A stretch of DNA of 64,000 nt from Escherichia phage outra: the sequence record MN850645.1; one strand, given 5' to 3'. Made by a program: the position numbers and the translations under genes. The notes beneath the pieces were generated by a model. It had not been told where the DNA came from. It did not search any database and saw only the letters and a list, made by a program, of their open reading frames with translations. Numbering within the stretch: position 1 is the first letter of the stretch; each line of letters starts with the position of its first letter. This document shows positions 1 to 9,894 of the stretch, piece by piece.

Positions 1-28
1 TCATCATCTGTAAGCATTTTCTTCCCCT

Positions 29-232
29 TTAGAATGGTAATCTTTGTATGTCACTTATCCCCACACCAAGAAGTCTAGCAATATCCTTATCTAAAAGCAA
101 CTCTTTTTGTTCTAAAATGTTAATCAGATCTCCTAATACTTCTTTAATGTCACGATCATTTTTAGCAACGTGACCACCTGCGGTATCAACTTTATCTTTA
201 AAAACAAAATAATGATCCATAATACCCTCCAT
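29..232 (-). CDS. hypothetical protein (67 aa; internal ATG at 220 has GGAGGG SD)
   Basis: track ORF co-oriented with neighbours; SD-like GGAGGG upstream of second ATG. Confidence 0.45.
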   Translation of the reverse strand: MEGIMDHYFVFKDKVDTAGGHVAKNDRDIKEVLGDLINILEQKELLLDKDIARLLGVGISDIQRLPF

Positions 233-258
233 ACAAATAAAGGAGGCTTTCGCCTCCT
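231..258 (-). terminator. rho-independent terminator
   Basis: perfect 7-bp GC stem AGGAGGC/GCCTCCT with 4-nt loop at 241-258 just 3' of ATPase stop, T-rich tail on minus strand. Confidence 0.55.
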
Positions 259-266
259 TTTATCAC

Positions 267-1427
267 TTAGTAAGAACGACCACCAAACACATACTCTGTG
301 TAGTTTTTACGTTCTTTGTTTTTAATAACAACTTCAATGTTGTTACCTTTATCATCGGTGAACATAAAGTGATAACCGTCACCGCCCATTGTACGGATGT
401 GTTTTTCATCATACGTCAGCAAGATACGGTCTACACCCCAGTAGTAGTCACCTTCTTCGTCTTTATCTTCTACGGTAACGACTCCTTCCATTTCAGGAAG
501 ATGCTCTTCTCCTAGCTTATGGTCTACAGCTACAACATAACGATTACCGCTAAACAAACCCTGTGCTGTCATACCGTCAATATCGGTATCTGCCGAAACA
601 TCTCCTGTACGATCTACACCGTTAACTTTCAGAAGTTTAACTTCTTTTGCAGCATAGCGGTGTTCAGTAATACTGATACCCATTAATGCAAGTGCATCAG
701 AGAATTTGTCATTAGGGTAACGGTTAAGTTCTTCTACTAATGACTGAACAATATCAAAGTTCAAGTCCACGGACAGATTATAAAGCGTTTCAAAATCTGG
801 TAAAAAGGCTTTGTTCTCCAGATTTTTAGCCAGATAATCATCCATAGTAGCTTTAGGTAGTTTCTTATAGCTAAAGCTGTAGAAAATACGGCTAGGGCGA
901 TTACGCAAAAATTCTGATACATAACCATCATTTTTAGTCAATACAAACAGCTTGTCATAGCCACCAACACCATCCAGCAGGGTAAGCAAACCATCCTGTG
1001 CATCTTTTTCAGCATACAGTTTATCAAATTCATCGATCATAATCATCACAGGTTGTGTGATTTTAGACATAAAATTGATAAAGCCTTCACCATTAAAAGC
1101 ACTACCGATAGAAATAGTAGGAATACCCATTTCACGAAGAGCAGAAGACAGCATTTTAGCTTGCAAAGTTTTACCGCTACCCTTCGTACCCTCAAGGAGA
1201 ACACCTGTGTTTTTACCTTTGCGGCTAAGGAACGTCTTGATAATACGTTCTGATTTATCATCAGTATCACCGTATGTTACTGAAGGGACTTCCATATCGT
1301 TTTTAGGATACAGGAAGAACTCGCCACTTTGAGTAACACCTACACCAAAAGTTCCTGCTGGAATTTCTTCAATATCTGTACCAGACTTCTGACGCAGGAA
1401 GATTTGATTGCCGAATACTGTAAACAT
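267..1427 (-). CDS. AAA+ family ATPase (paralogue 1)
   Basis: Walker A GTKGSGKT, Walker B IMIDEFDK, sensor/Arg region RPSR; SD AGAGGAG before ATG; paralogous to 15995-17122. Confidence 0.8.
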   Translation of the reverse strand: MFTVFGNQIFLRQKSGTDIEEIPAGTFGVGVTQSGEFFLYPKNDMEVPSVTYGDTDDKSERIIKTFLSRKGKNTGVLLEGTKGSGKTLQAKMLSSALREMGIPTISIGSAFNGEGFINFMSKITQPVMIMIDEFDKLYAEKDAQDGLLTLLDGVGGYDKLFVLTKNDGYVSEFLRNRPSRIFYSFSYKKLPKATMDDYLAKNLENKAFLPDFETLYNLSVDLNFDIVQSLVEELNRYPNDKFSDALALMGISITEHRYAAKEVKLLKVNGVDRTGDVSADTDIDGMTAQGLFSGNRYVVAVDHKLGEEHLPEMEGVVTVEDKDEEGDYYWGVDRILLTYDEKHIRTMGGDGYHFMFTDDKGNNIEVVIKNKERKNYTEYVFGGRSY

Positions 1428-1447
1428 AGTTTTCTCCTCTATTTAAT

Positions 1448-1918
1448 TTAGTCAGATTCCCAAATGTTGTCTTTCTTAACCCACATTCGTTGATTATCTG
1501 AACCTCTATAACGTTTCGTTGTTGGTTGAGTCATATCATACTTACCATCTATTACTATGTCAACCAGTTTTTTAATTTTCTCTGGAATTTCTTCAAAAAG
1601 ATATCCTGTATATAAGACAATATCTTTTTTGTTTCTAAAACAATCTCTTACCTTCTCAAGAACATACTCTACAGTGTCAATGTTCTCTTTGTCAAGAGGT
1701 TCACCACCTAAAACTGTTAATCCTTTAATGAAAGGTCGAGATAAATCTTTCAAGATAAGATCTAATGTTTCAGTAGTGAACTCTTGTCCGTAGTTATACG
1801 ACCAGGCTTTCTGGTTAAAGCAGCCACGGCAACCGTGGCTACAACCGCTCACCCACAAAGAGCATCTTACACCATCACCGTTGAGCATGTCAACAGGTTC
1901 ATATCCGGCGTAATTCAA
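1448..1918 (-). CDS. nrdG: anaerobic ribonucleotide reductase activating protein (radical SAM)
   Basis: CSHGCRGC radical-SAM cysteine motif, GGEP motif, 156 aa, directly downstream of nrdD. Confidence 0.85.
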   Translation of the reverse strand: MNYAGYEPVDMLNGDGVRCSLWVSGCSHGCRGCFNQKAWSYNYGQEFTTETLDLILKDLSRPFIKGLTVLGGEPLDKENIDTVEYVLEKVRDCFRNKKDIVLYTGYLFEEIPEKIKKLVDIVIDGKYDMTQPTTKRYRGSDNQRMWVKKDNIWESD

Positions 1919-3714
1919 AAATGTTTCTCCCTTTCTAATACCTCTTGCATTTTACCTTTATTATAAGGGCGAGAGTTAGGGGCAGACAGGTATCCTGACA
2001 CTCTTCTGATTACAGATATAGATTCTTCCTCATGATTGCCACAACTTGGACACTCGAAGCCTTTAGCTGTTGCCTTAAATTCACCATGAAAACCACATTT
2101 GAAACACTGATCTACAGGTTGGTTCACGCCAAAATAAGGAATTTTGTTGTAGGCATAATCTACAAGGGTTTCCAGTGCTTGCAAGTTATTTTTAAGGTTT
2201 GGTGTTTCTACATAGCCTATGTTCCCACCATTACTGATTTGTGCAAAACCTTCCTCATAATCCCACTTTTGGAACGGGGTAGTGTGCATCCACACAGGTT
2301 GATGGAAAGAGTTTGTCAAGTAGTCACGATCAATAGAACCAGGATAGCGATCATTTAATGCTTTGGCAAATTTATAACACAAGGATTCTGCTGGTGTTCC
2401 ATACAAACTAAAAGCTAAACCAGAACGTTCTTTAAATGTGCCACAGATATCCTTCATATATTGAAGGATGTTTTTACCCATTGCTTTTGGATTGGTGTTA
2501 CCTGGGTATAAAATCTCCATAGCTTCTGCTAAACCTACATAACCGATACTAATAGAGGCATAACCACCTTCGAATAGCTTACCAATCTCTTCATTAGCTT
2601 CTAGTCGAGCTAAAGCCCCTTCCATAAACAATGTAGGGTTTTGAGATGCTTTGGTATGTCTAATACGGTTAACACGTAGCATATGTGCCTTATACGCCAT
2701 CTCCATATGTTGTTCCAACAGTTCAGTAAATAAGATGCCCTTTTCACGGGACTCTGCTGCAATGATAGGTAAGTTTAAAGAAACTACGCCTAAGTTGAAA
2801 CGACCATCATATTTTTCACCTTGCTCTGTTGCATAGTATGACAAGAAGCTACGGCAACCCATGCTTGTGACGCGACCATCTGAAGATCCTGTAACTTCTT
2901 TGTTTAAAGGTACAGAGATAAAATCAGGATAAATGCGTTCAGCACAACACTCCATTGCCAGTTGCTTCAAATCATAATTTGGATCGCCAGCTTTCATGTT
3001 AACACCATCTTCCAAGAAGAAGATAACTTTAGGAAACACAGGAGTTACCCTATCTTTTCCCAATCCTTGTTTGTGCACCATTAGGTAGTTTTTAGTGATC
3101 ATTCTACCAAAAGCAGAGGTATCCAAACCTAAACTAATTGTTATAAAAGGTGACTGACCATTTACACTCATTAGAGTGTTCACCTGGTAGATTAAAGTTT
3201 GCATTGCATCATAGACCTGTTTATCTACCATACGCATAGCAATATCATAATCGCCAACATCGGCATATATTTTATTAAAACTTGCTTTAACGTATTGACT
3301 AAGCCCAGTATCAACATGTGCACAAGTTTGTCCACCATATTGGCTAGAAGCTACTGCTTGAATAATTTGAGTTAGGACAGTAGTCGCTACACCGATAGAT
3401 TTTGGTTTTTCAATATGTGCATTACCAATACGGAAACCGTTCTCAAGCATATCTTGGTAATTTACCAGGCAACAATTAGTTAAAGGTGAGAGTAAATAAT
3501 CTAAATCGTGAATGTGACCATACCCACTTTTATGCCATTCTGCCAGATCTTCCGGTAAAATATGGGTCATTGCCATGTGCTTGCTTAGGATACCTGCTAG
3601 TAAGTCTCGGTGAGTATTAACAATCATTGCAGGTTTGTTTGCATTTTCACGAGTAAATTCTTCGGATGTTTGTTCGAGGAATCCGATTACATCCTCATAT
3701 AGTTTTTGGGTCAT
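1915..3714 (-). CDS. nrdD: anaerobic ribonucleoside-triphosphate reductase (class III)
   Basis: C-terminal Zn ribbon CFKCG...CPSCG and glycyl-radical motif RVSGYLS; start moved to ATG 3714 with GGAGGA SD because track start 3744 lies inside a terminator hairpin. Confidence 0.85.
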   Translation of the reverse strand: MTQKLYEDVIGFLEQTSEEFTRENANKPAMIVNTHRDLLAGILSKHMAMTHILPEDLAEWHKSGYGHIHDLDYLLSPLTNCCLVNYQDMLENGFRIGNAHIEKPKSIGVATTVLTQIIQAVASSQYGGQTCAHVDTGLSQYVKASFNKIYADVGDYDIAMRMVDKQVYDAMQTLIYQVNTLMSVNGQSPFITISLGLDTSAFGRMITKNYLMVHKQGLGKDRVTPVFPKVIFFLEDGVNMKAGDPNYDLKQLAMECCAERIYPDFISVPLNKEVTGSSDGRVTSMGCRSFLSYYATEQGEKYDGRFNLGVVSLNLPIIAAESREKGILFTELLEQHMEMAYKAHMLRVNRIRHTKASQNPTLFMEGALARLEANEEIGKLFEGGYASISIGYVGLAEAMEILYPGNTNPKAMGKNILQYMKDICGTFKERSGLAFSLYGTPAESLCYKFAKALNDRYPGSIDRDYLTNSFHQPVWMHTTPFQKWDYEEGFAQISNGGNIGYVETPNLKNNLQALETLVDYAYNKIPYFGVNQPVDQCFKCGFHGEFKATAKGFECPSCGNHEEESISVIRRVSGYLSAPNSRPYNKGKMQEVLEREKHF

Positions 3715-3720
3715 TAATCC

Positions 3721-3754
3721 TCCGTGGAAAATAAAAGCCAGCATTAAGCTGGCT
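3721..3754 (-). terminator. rho-independent terminator
   Basis: stem AGCCAGC/GCTGGCT (3736-3754) followed on minus strand by TTTATTTTCC. Confidence 0.5.
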
Positions 3755-3803
3755 TTAGGGTGGATCTTTATTTTAAATCTTTTTCGTAAGATTGTCCTTG
3801 ATC

Positions 3804-4754
3804 TTAGTCAAGGTTTTTGGTAATACGTGTACAACCATCAGAAGTCAAACCGTCAACTTGAGTTTCCCAAGTGCCATGAATATTTCGGAACAATGTTGTT
3901 ACACCTTTTGGTTCATTAATAATGATTGCCATAACAAGTTTAGGATCGATAACAGACATAATCTTTTCCTCAATACCCTCTGTAATAACATTATTACGCA
4001 CAATATTAATTACATCTTCTTGTACAGAAAGGGTACTTACGTTCTTAAGAGTATATACCTGCTGCGTAGTGTAAATGATACGAACATAACTTACAGAACG
4101 AGTAGGCACAGGTTTACGCGGTCGGCGAAAACGTGGTTTTGGTGAAGATTCAGTCTTACTTTCATTTTTTGAATAATACTCCTCAAACAGTTTAGTAAAT
4201 GTTTTTACATCAACTACAAACCGATCTTTCCTATATGGAGAATTCTTATGTGCACCATTAATACCACTGTTTTCATCGAAGAAAGTAATGTTTTCTTCAG
4301 TTGAATATGTTAGATAATGGTCTGCATCTTTCCAATGTGGTTGTGGACAATGCGGATTACAAACGGAAAGCAGATAACTAATATCTTCTTCCGTTGCACT
4401 AGTATCCAGGAAACACGTATTGTGCACAGTCAGTTGTACTTTTGCAACCATATCCATTTCTTTATCCTCGTTGGCAAGATATTCAGTACGAATAATTTCC
4501 AGAAAACCTTCAGGTGTTACTTCCATAAATGTGTATTCAGGGTGAAGTTCCATATATTCAAATCCACAACCATCTAATTGCTGTAGGAAGTTAGGATAGA
4601 AGAACAAGTCATTAACACTATGAATCAGATCATTGATTTCTGCTTCAGATGTGTAACCAAAACTTTTGTGAATTGCTTCATTAAGAATATGCAGGATACC
4701 CATCTCTTCTGCTGCTTTTTTAACTTCCAGTTTATTAGCGTAAAATGCAATCAT
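3804..4754 (-). CDS. hypothetical protein (316 aa)
   Basis: long ORF in operon orientation, no recognisable motif. Confidence 0.6.
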   Translation of the reverse strand: MIAFYANKLEVKKAAEEMGILHILNEAIHKSFGYTSEAEINDLIHSVNDLFFYPNFLQQLDGCGFEYMELHPEYTFMEVTPEGFLEIIRTEYLANEDKEMDMVAKVQLTVHNTCFLDTSATEEDISYLLSVCNPHCPQPHWKDADHYLTYSTEENITFFDENSGINGAHKNSPYRKDRFVVDVKTFTKLFEEYYSKNESKTESSPKPRFRRPRKPVPTRSVSYVRIIYTTQQVYTLKNVSTLSVQEDVINIVRNNVITEGIEEKIMSVIDPKLVMAIIINEPKGVTTLFRNIHGTWETQVDGLTSDGCTRITKNLD

Positions 4755-4771
4755 TATGTTCTCCTTCTAAA

Positions 4772-5206
4772 TTAGTTTAAAATTTCTTTGGCAATGGTAG
4801 AAGCAAGTTTTCCATCATATTGATTAGGATACTCTGCTTTAAGGTGTTTCATCATATCTGGCATTTTCTTGCCTGTCAAGGCAAATTCTTCAGCAATCGC
4901 TCGAAGGTCATCTTCAGATAGCATTTCTGGCAAATATTTTTCCAGAGTGGTGATATCACGCATAGCTCGCTCACATTTGCTAATGGAAGCATTAACTTTC
5001 TTAAGTGAGTCTAGCTCCTCTTTAGCGTGTGCAATACCAATCTTAACAATGTTAATCATAATATCATCTTCTGATTTATTTAGATTTGCCTTTTGAGTAC
5101 GCGCAAGGTCAAACTCACCAATAATATTAGTTAACAAAGCAAAAGCACCCTTATCGGTTGTACGTGCTAAGATACGATCTGCTTTCATTTGTGTCACAAT
5201 AGACAT
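4772..5206 (-). CDS. GatB/YqeY-domain protein
   Basis: LEKYLPEMLSEDDLRAIAEE and ADGKLASTIAKEIL resemble YqeY signature blocks; 144 aa as in YqeY. Confidence 0.65.
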   Translation of the reverse strand: MSIVTQMKADRILARTTDKGAFALLTNIIGEFDLARTQKANLNKSEDDIMINIVKIGIAHAKEELDSLKKVNASISKCERAMRDITTLEKYLPEMLSEDDLRAIAEEFALTGKKMPDMMKHLKAEYPNQYDGKLASTIAKEILN

Positions 5207-5218
5207 TCTATTCTCCTC

Positions 5219-5791
5219 TTATTTGCTAATGCTTTGAGTCTTGTTTACAACACGGTTTATTGCCAGTGAAGCCCTAGGCTCTGCAATACCTGTTGCATAG
5301 ATATAAGGATGACCTTTTGGAGACTCCCTCATACCGAATGAACCTAATTCTAAACCATATTCATCCTCTACGTCAACCCCAATATTAGTGGGTACTAAAT
5401 ATGTTTTAACTCCATAATAAGTAGAGAAGAAACAGCGCATAGAGTTAGCATACTCTTCAATTGTAGCATCAGGGTAGAACTCAATCAACTCCAATTTCAA
5501 GAAAATATTAAAATGGGTATCATCTAAATTTTCTTCTGTGCGGTAACATGGTGTTAGTGCCATATACGGATTACCTACTGCAAATTCAAAACCATCCTTC
5601 TCCATTTGCAGGAAAGATTGTTCTGCACTAGCTACATAGTATTTACCGTTAGGATGCCCTAATGGGCGATCCTCTTTATTTTCTGGTAGTGTATACGCCA
5701 GTATATCAGCATCCACGAGATATGGAACTTCCAACATTTGTGCAAATCGACCATAGTAATCAATAGCTTGAGCTATTACTGCAACATTCAT
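5219..5791 (-). CDS. hypothetical protein (190 aa)
   Basis: ORF in operon orientation. Confidence 0.55.
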   Translation of the reverse strand: MNVAVIAQAIDYYGRFAQMLEVPYLVDADILAYTLPENKEDRPLGHPNGKYYVASAEQSFLQMEKDGFEFAVGNPYMALTPCYRTEENLDDTHFNIFLKLELIEFYPDATIEEYANSMRCFFSTYYGVKTYLVPTNIGVDVEDEYGLELGSFGMRESPKGHPYIYATGIAEPRASLAINRVVNKTQSISK

Positions 5792-6039
5792 GATCGACCT
5801 CCATTGCGGAATGCACGTTTAGTAATGTTTGACATAGTGATCAAATCTTGAAGCGTCATACCAGGAAAATGCTGTTCAAGAACACCTTCAACAGCGCCTA
5901 CAATATCTGATAACTCAATAAGTTGCATCAGCTTGCAATCTTGATCAATAGCATCTTGAAGTTCATAAAGCTCTTCTTGAATCTTAGCAACAGAACCATA
6001 TTCCTCTTTGCTAATCTCCTTCAAATGATACCCTGCCAC
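5788..6039 (-). CDS. small all-alpha protein, possibly MazG-like NTP pyrophosphohydrolase
   Basis: EELYELQDAI...LIELSDIVGAVEGVLE pattern loosely resembles MazG/HisE EExxE...ELxDv motif; 4-nt overlap with downstream gene. Confidence 0.35.
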   Translation of the reverse strand: MAGYHLKEISKEEYGSVAKIQEELYELQDAIDQDCKLMQLIELSDIVGAVEGVLEQHFPGMTLQDLITMSNITKRAFRNGGRS

Positions 6040-6051
6040 TTTAACCCCCCC

Positions 6052-7788
6052 TTAGTTTACCAGTTTATTTATATCTGGTAAAAGATTTATTTCACCTAAG
6101 AAATCACCTTCACCTTCCTCTAGCCAACTCTCATATGCTTGTGCATGATTATAGTTACCATCAAAAGAATCTGCAACAAATTTTTCTACAGTTTTTCGAG
6201 ATGTGCCAGCGCCAAATACACCAAGTTTAATACCATTGATCGGTAAAGTGGTACTTGTGGGTACTTTCTCTGTTGCAACACGGTTGATATCTATAATCTC
6301 CTGTACGGTTGTGTTCCATTGTAAGCATTTAACACAACGGGTATGCGCTACATACAGTAGGTTTCGCTCTGCCTCTTCCAGTCCTACCCATTCACCAGTC
6401 TTTTTATCATAGTTGGAAGGAAAATCATTAGCAACAATAACCTGATCCCACTCCAAACCTTTAGACTTGTGTGCTGTAGTCAGTGTGACTTTTGCTGTAG
6501 GAGAATTTCTATGCGTTCTAAGTGTATGTGCTATAGTGTTTGCCTTACCAGAAACTACGATGTTTAACAAGCGTTTAGCATCTGGATCAGCCTCTGCACA
6601 CTCAACAAATTCATCCCAGTCTGCGTAAGGTAATACAGTTTCATGTTTTACTTTCTCAATATCTCCTCTCCGAAGAGCATTAACACTATCTACCATAGAG
6701 ATAAAATCCCTGGTATCTACGTTAATAATAATTTCTTCCCCATCTGCAATACGATCCATTGCCTCCATAAGCAAGGTTAAATTCTTGCGAAAGATGATAG
6801 TGTAAGGTTTTGTATAGTCTACAACATCTGATTTGTAGCTACCTACTACAGTATCAAAACCTTTACCAACCAAAGGATGACGCAAAGGTTCTTTATCGCT
6901 TAAAATCATATTGGCAATGTTTGCCACTTTGGGGCCAAAACGGAAGCAAGCAGTTAATGGAAGCTCTGCCCCATATGTAGAGGTTTCCTTCATCATATTT
7001 TGGCTTCCACGGAACTGGTAGATGCTCTGATATTCGTCACCCACCACTACTACTTGTTTTGCAGATTTAGCATTTCGCAGAATAGACAAGAATGCAGGGT
7101 TAACATCCTGGAATTCATCACCAAAAATAATATCATAACCAAGATCAGCACCAGATAATTCAAACAATTTTACATAGGTGTCATGCGTCATCAAAGTATC
7201 TGTGTTAGGATCGATGCGCTCTCGCCACAATTGTTTTGCATACTTAACTACTTCTGTAATTAGTTTGTGTTCGTTAATACCTTTTCTTTTAATATCTGCA
7301 AGATGTACACTAGGAAAATGTTTACGGCTGATAAAAGGATCATCCGAAAATTCAAACTTACCTACGGTTTGCTTGATCATTAAACCGATCATAGCACGAG
7401 TTAAAAGTGTTTTCCCTCGTTTATCAATAAGATTATTAATCTTAAATTTCTTTGCTATCTCACTACCTGTACCTGCAACGTTAACATACTGTCCTTCTGG
7501 TCGTGACAGTTTTGCACGTAAACGATGATCCAGGAATTGATAGCAAATAGAATGCAATGTACGGCATTCTACATTTAGTGGCATCTTACGTCGTGCTTCT
7601 TCTGCCATGCTTTTATTGAAAGCTAAGTAAAGAATGCGATCTTCTGTACTGTTAGCCAGCAAATAAAGTGTTGACGTTTTGCCTGATCCAGATTTAGCTT
7701 GGATAGTTAAAAAGCGATGGTCTGGAAAAGCCTCCTTAATAGCTGTCTGCTCTTCTGTTGGAGTGAAGCTCAACTCTTTCTTAGCCAT
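6052..7788 (-). CDS. UvrD/Rep-like superfamily-1 DNA helicase
   Basis: Walker A AKSGSGKTST, motif II FGDEFQDVN, C-terminal VAHTR; start set to ATG 7788 with GAGAGG SD (track start 7827 is TTG). Confidence 0.8.
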   Translation of the reverse strand: MAKKELSFTPTEEQTAIKEAFPDHRFLTIQAKSGSGKTSTLYLLANSTEDRILYLAFNKSMAEEARRKMPLNVECRTLHSICYQFLDHRLRAKLSRPEGQYVNVAGTGSEIAKKFKINNLIDKRGKTLLTRAMIGLMIKQTVGKFEFSDDPFISRKHFPSVHLADIKRKGINEHKLITEVVKYAKQLWRERIDPNTDTLMTHDTYVKLFELSGADLGYDIIFGDEFQDVNPAFLSILRNAKSAKQVVVVGDEYQSIYQFRGSQNMMKETSTYGAELPLTACFRFGPKVANIANMILSDKEPLRHPLVGKGFDTVVGSYKSDVVDYTKPYTIIFRKNLTLLMEAMDRIADGEEIIINVDTRDFISMVDSVNALRRGDIEKVKHETVLPYADWDEFVECAEADPDAKRLLNIVVSGKANTIAHTLRTHRNSPTAKVTLTTAHKSKGLEWDQVIVANDFPSNYDKKTGEWVGLEEAERNLLYVAHTRCVKCLQWNTTVQEIIDINRVATEKVPTSTTLPINGIKLGVFGAGTSRKTVEKFVADSFDGNYNHAQAYESWLEEGEGDFLGEINLLPDINKLVN

Positions 7789-7789
7789 T

Positions 7790-8266
7790 TCAACCTCTCT
7801 TAATTTGTTTAACAAGCATAGGAACAAAATCTCGTTTTAAAATTTGTTCAATAATGTGATCAGGTAGCTGTTGGAAATTATAATTAAATGCTACTGTCTC
7901 ACCTTTAGGTGTTTCTACCCGCACATATAACATGTTACGAAGTTTATCCACTTGTGCTGTATATTCTAAACCATGTAATTGATGCATTGCAAACATCAAA
8001 TCATCAGTTTCAGTTTGGAATCTATCATTTGCTTGCATCAAGGACAAGGTAAAAGGTAGATTTTCCCTAAGAGCCACCTTCTTAGGAACTAGTGAAGGAA
8101 AATACTCACCAATAACTTCCTGTGTAAGCTGGATACACTCTTTTTCAAGTTGGTTTTGTTCCTTGAGTTCACAAACACTTTTTTGTAAAGTGTTAACCTC
8201 TTTTTGCAAAGCTGCTAGTTGAGCACTTAACTTTCTTTTTTGATTACGACCAAAACGTTTAGACAT
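7790..8266 (-). CDS. hypothetical protein, predicted coiled-coil N-terminus
   Basis: ORF in operon orientation. Confidence 0.5.
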   Translation of the reverse strand: MSKRFGRNQKRKLSAQLAALQKEVNTLQKSVCELKEQNQLEKECIQLTQEVIGEYFPSLVPKKVALRENLPFTLSLMQANDRFQTETDDLMFAMHQLHGLEYTAQVDKLRNMLYVRVETPKGETVAFNYNFQQLPDHIIEQILKRDFVPMLVKQIKRG

Positions 8267-8275
8267 ATTTCCCCC

Positions 8276-8791
8276 CTAGTAAAACCCTTTAACAATCTGT
8301 ATTAACTCGGCACAACGGTTGACCAACTTTTCCTCATACAATACACGTTGTGGCATATGTTGTATAATATACTCCATTTGCTCATGCCATGTCCACTTCT
8401 CTTTTTTGTCTGGGATAACATCACTAGCACGAGAATTATCTTTTAATGTTTGTATAATCCAATTGCTTGGAAAGTGCTCTCCACCTTTCTTAAATGGTTT
8501 ATAGTGGCCTAGAGTAAATTGAGAATCCCCTGTTAGAGCACCCAATTTATTTAGATGGATAATCAAACTACGAAACACGTAGTATTCATAGATGTTATCC
8601 ACCGTATAGCAAGCATAATATTTCAAGATGCCCTTATCTCGCGGATACTTACCAACATCCAGATTGCACCAGTTAACATTTTCTGGATCATAGTGGTGTT
8701 CCTTAAGCCATATTTCTCTTTCATCAAAGTCTGGATATATTACCGCCCTGCTTACAGAGTCAACAAGTGGAGATTGAGCATCAAAAAACAT
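8276..8791 (-). CDS. hypothetical protein (171 aa)
   Basis: ORF in operon orientation. Confidence 0.5.
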   Translation of the reverse strand: MFFDAQSPLVDSVSRAVIYPDFDEREIWLKEHHYDPENVNWCNLDVGKYPRDKGILKYYACYTVDNIYEYYVFRSLIIHLNKLGALTGDSQFTLGHYKPFKKGGEHFPSNWIIQTLKDNSRASDVIPDKKEKWTWHEQMEYIIQHMPQRVLYEEKLVNRCAELIQIVKGFY

Positions 8792-8812
8792 TATATTTTC
8801 CTTATTGGTTTG

Positions 8813-9178
8813 TTAAACGTTTTCTAAATCTTTTAAGGCATTACCCAACGTTAGAACAATAACATCGTTTGCTGCCTCTTCCCCATTGATATTGGTGAAA
8901 TTTGGTGTGACAAAAGTAACCATATAAAACTCGTCCACCTGGAAGACAGCAATAACACCATCCATCTTAACATCTTGACGAAAGGAAAAACCAATCATCT
9001 TCTCTTGCAAAGGCATATCCCCTTCCTTCATTACCGCCAGGGAGTTTTCAGGAATGTTATATTTATCTGATCCGATGTAGATGTACGTAATGTTATCTTT
9101 ATCGTGATGATACAGGGTTGCTTTTTCCATATCTAAACCTGACAGATCAAATACGTTAATTTCTTGTGTAGTCTTCAT
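8813..9178 (-). CDS. hypothetical protein
   Basis: start moved to ATG 9178 preceded by GGGAGGA SD. Confidence 0.45.
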   Translation of the reverse strand: MKTTQEINVFDLSGLDMEKATLYHHDKDNITYIYIGSDKYNIPENSLAVMKEGDMPLQEKMIGFSFRQDVKMDGVIAVFQVDEFYMVTFVTPNFTNINGEEAANDVIVLTLGNALKDLENV

Positions 9179-9542
9179 AAATATCCTCCCAAATCCAATA
9201 ATCATCTGTGTAAGTAGGATGCCTTTTATCCCACTCTGCTCTAGCCCAAGCAACCGCTGCTACCAACACATCACCATGACAAGGTTGAGGTGCGCAGAAG
9301 CAAACTAAGTCTTTCCCTTCTAATTCTAACAAATCCTCAAGAGTGATTTTACCACAACGAATTTGTTCCCACAACCACTCTTTATATCTTTGTATAGTTG
9401 ACCCTCGTGGTTCATCATCCTTTAACTTAAAAGGATTTGCAAACTTTGAGGCTTTTAACCCCATATGAGGCATAGCTCTGCCAATGTAAACTGCACCTTC
9501 AGGTATTACTTTACCTAAGTGGTAAAAATTTAATACTTTCAT
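9156..9542 (-). CDS. hypothetical Cys/His-containing protein (CFCAPQPCHGD)
   Basis: track start 9566 is TTG; ATG at 9542 overlaps upstream stop (TAATATG). Confidence 0.45.
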   Translation of the reverse strand: MKVLNFYHLGKVIPEGAVYIGRAMPHMGLKASKFANPFKLKDDEPRGSTIQRYKEWLWEQIRCGKITLEDLLELEGKDLVCFCAPQPCHGDVLVAAVAWARAEWDKRHPTYTDDYWIWEDIYEDYTRN

Positions 9543-9543
9543 A

Positions 9544-9894
9544 TTAACCCAAACACATCTGTGCAATCAAGCCCTGTATAAATTTATTAGCTTCTTTACT
9601 GTCGTAGTCAGTCTCTTCTGGATATCCATCTTCATCGTACACAACTGTACCTTCAATATACCCTGCCTCAATTAAGGCGCGGATCATATCAAATTGCCAG
9701 CATGAGTTACCAAATGGACGTTTACCATTAAAACACTCTTCTTCTCTCCATAACGTAGAGAGTAGTTGTCGGAAATATTCCCGTACAGTGACAGTACCAA
9801 GATCTGAATCCTCAAACATAACATCCAGGGCATCAGGATTGCTTTTCTCTACGTAAGGAATATATTTAACACCATTAATAGTTACATCAAGCAT
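9544..9894 (-). CDS. hypothetical protein (116 aa)
   Basis: ORF in operon orientation. Confidence 0.5.
   Translation of the reverse strand: MLDVTINGVKYIPYVEKSNPDALDVMFEDSDLGTVTVREYFRQLLSTLWREEECFNGKRPFGNSCWQFDMIRALIEAGYIEGTVVYDEDGYPEETDYDSKEANKFIQGLIAQMCLG

Noticed and set aside
1046-1332. Three overlapping track ORFs (1046-1270 minus, 1053-1253 plus, 1057-1332 plus) inside the AAA+ ATPase gene
   Set aside because: Fully embedded in a long ORF with clear Walker motifs, no ribosome-binding sites, low-complexity translations; treated as frame artefacts. The same reasoning applies to other embedded or antisense track ORFs such as 2032-2358, 6203-6412, 7178-7528, 17473-17967, 21747-22163, 54198-54479 and 56178-56453.
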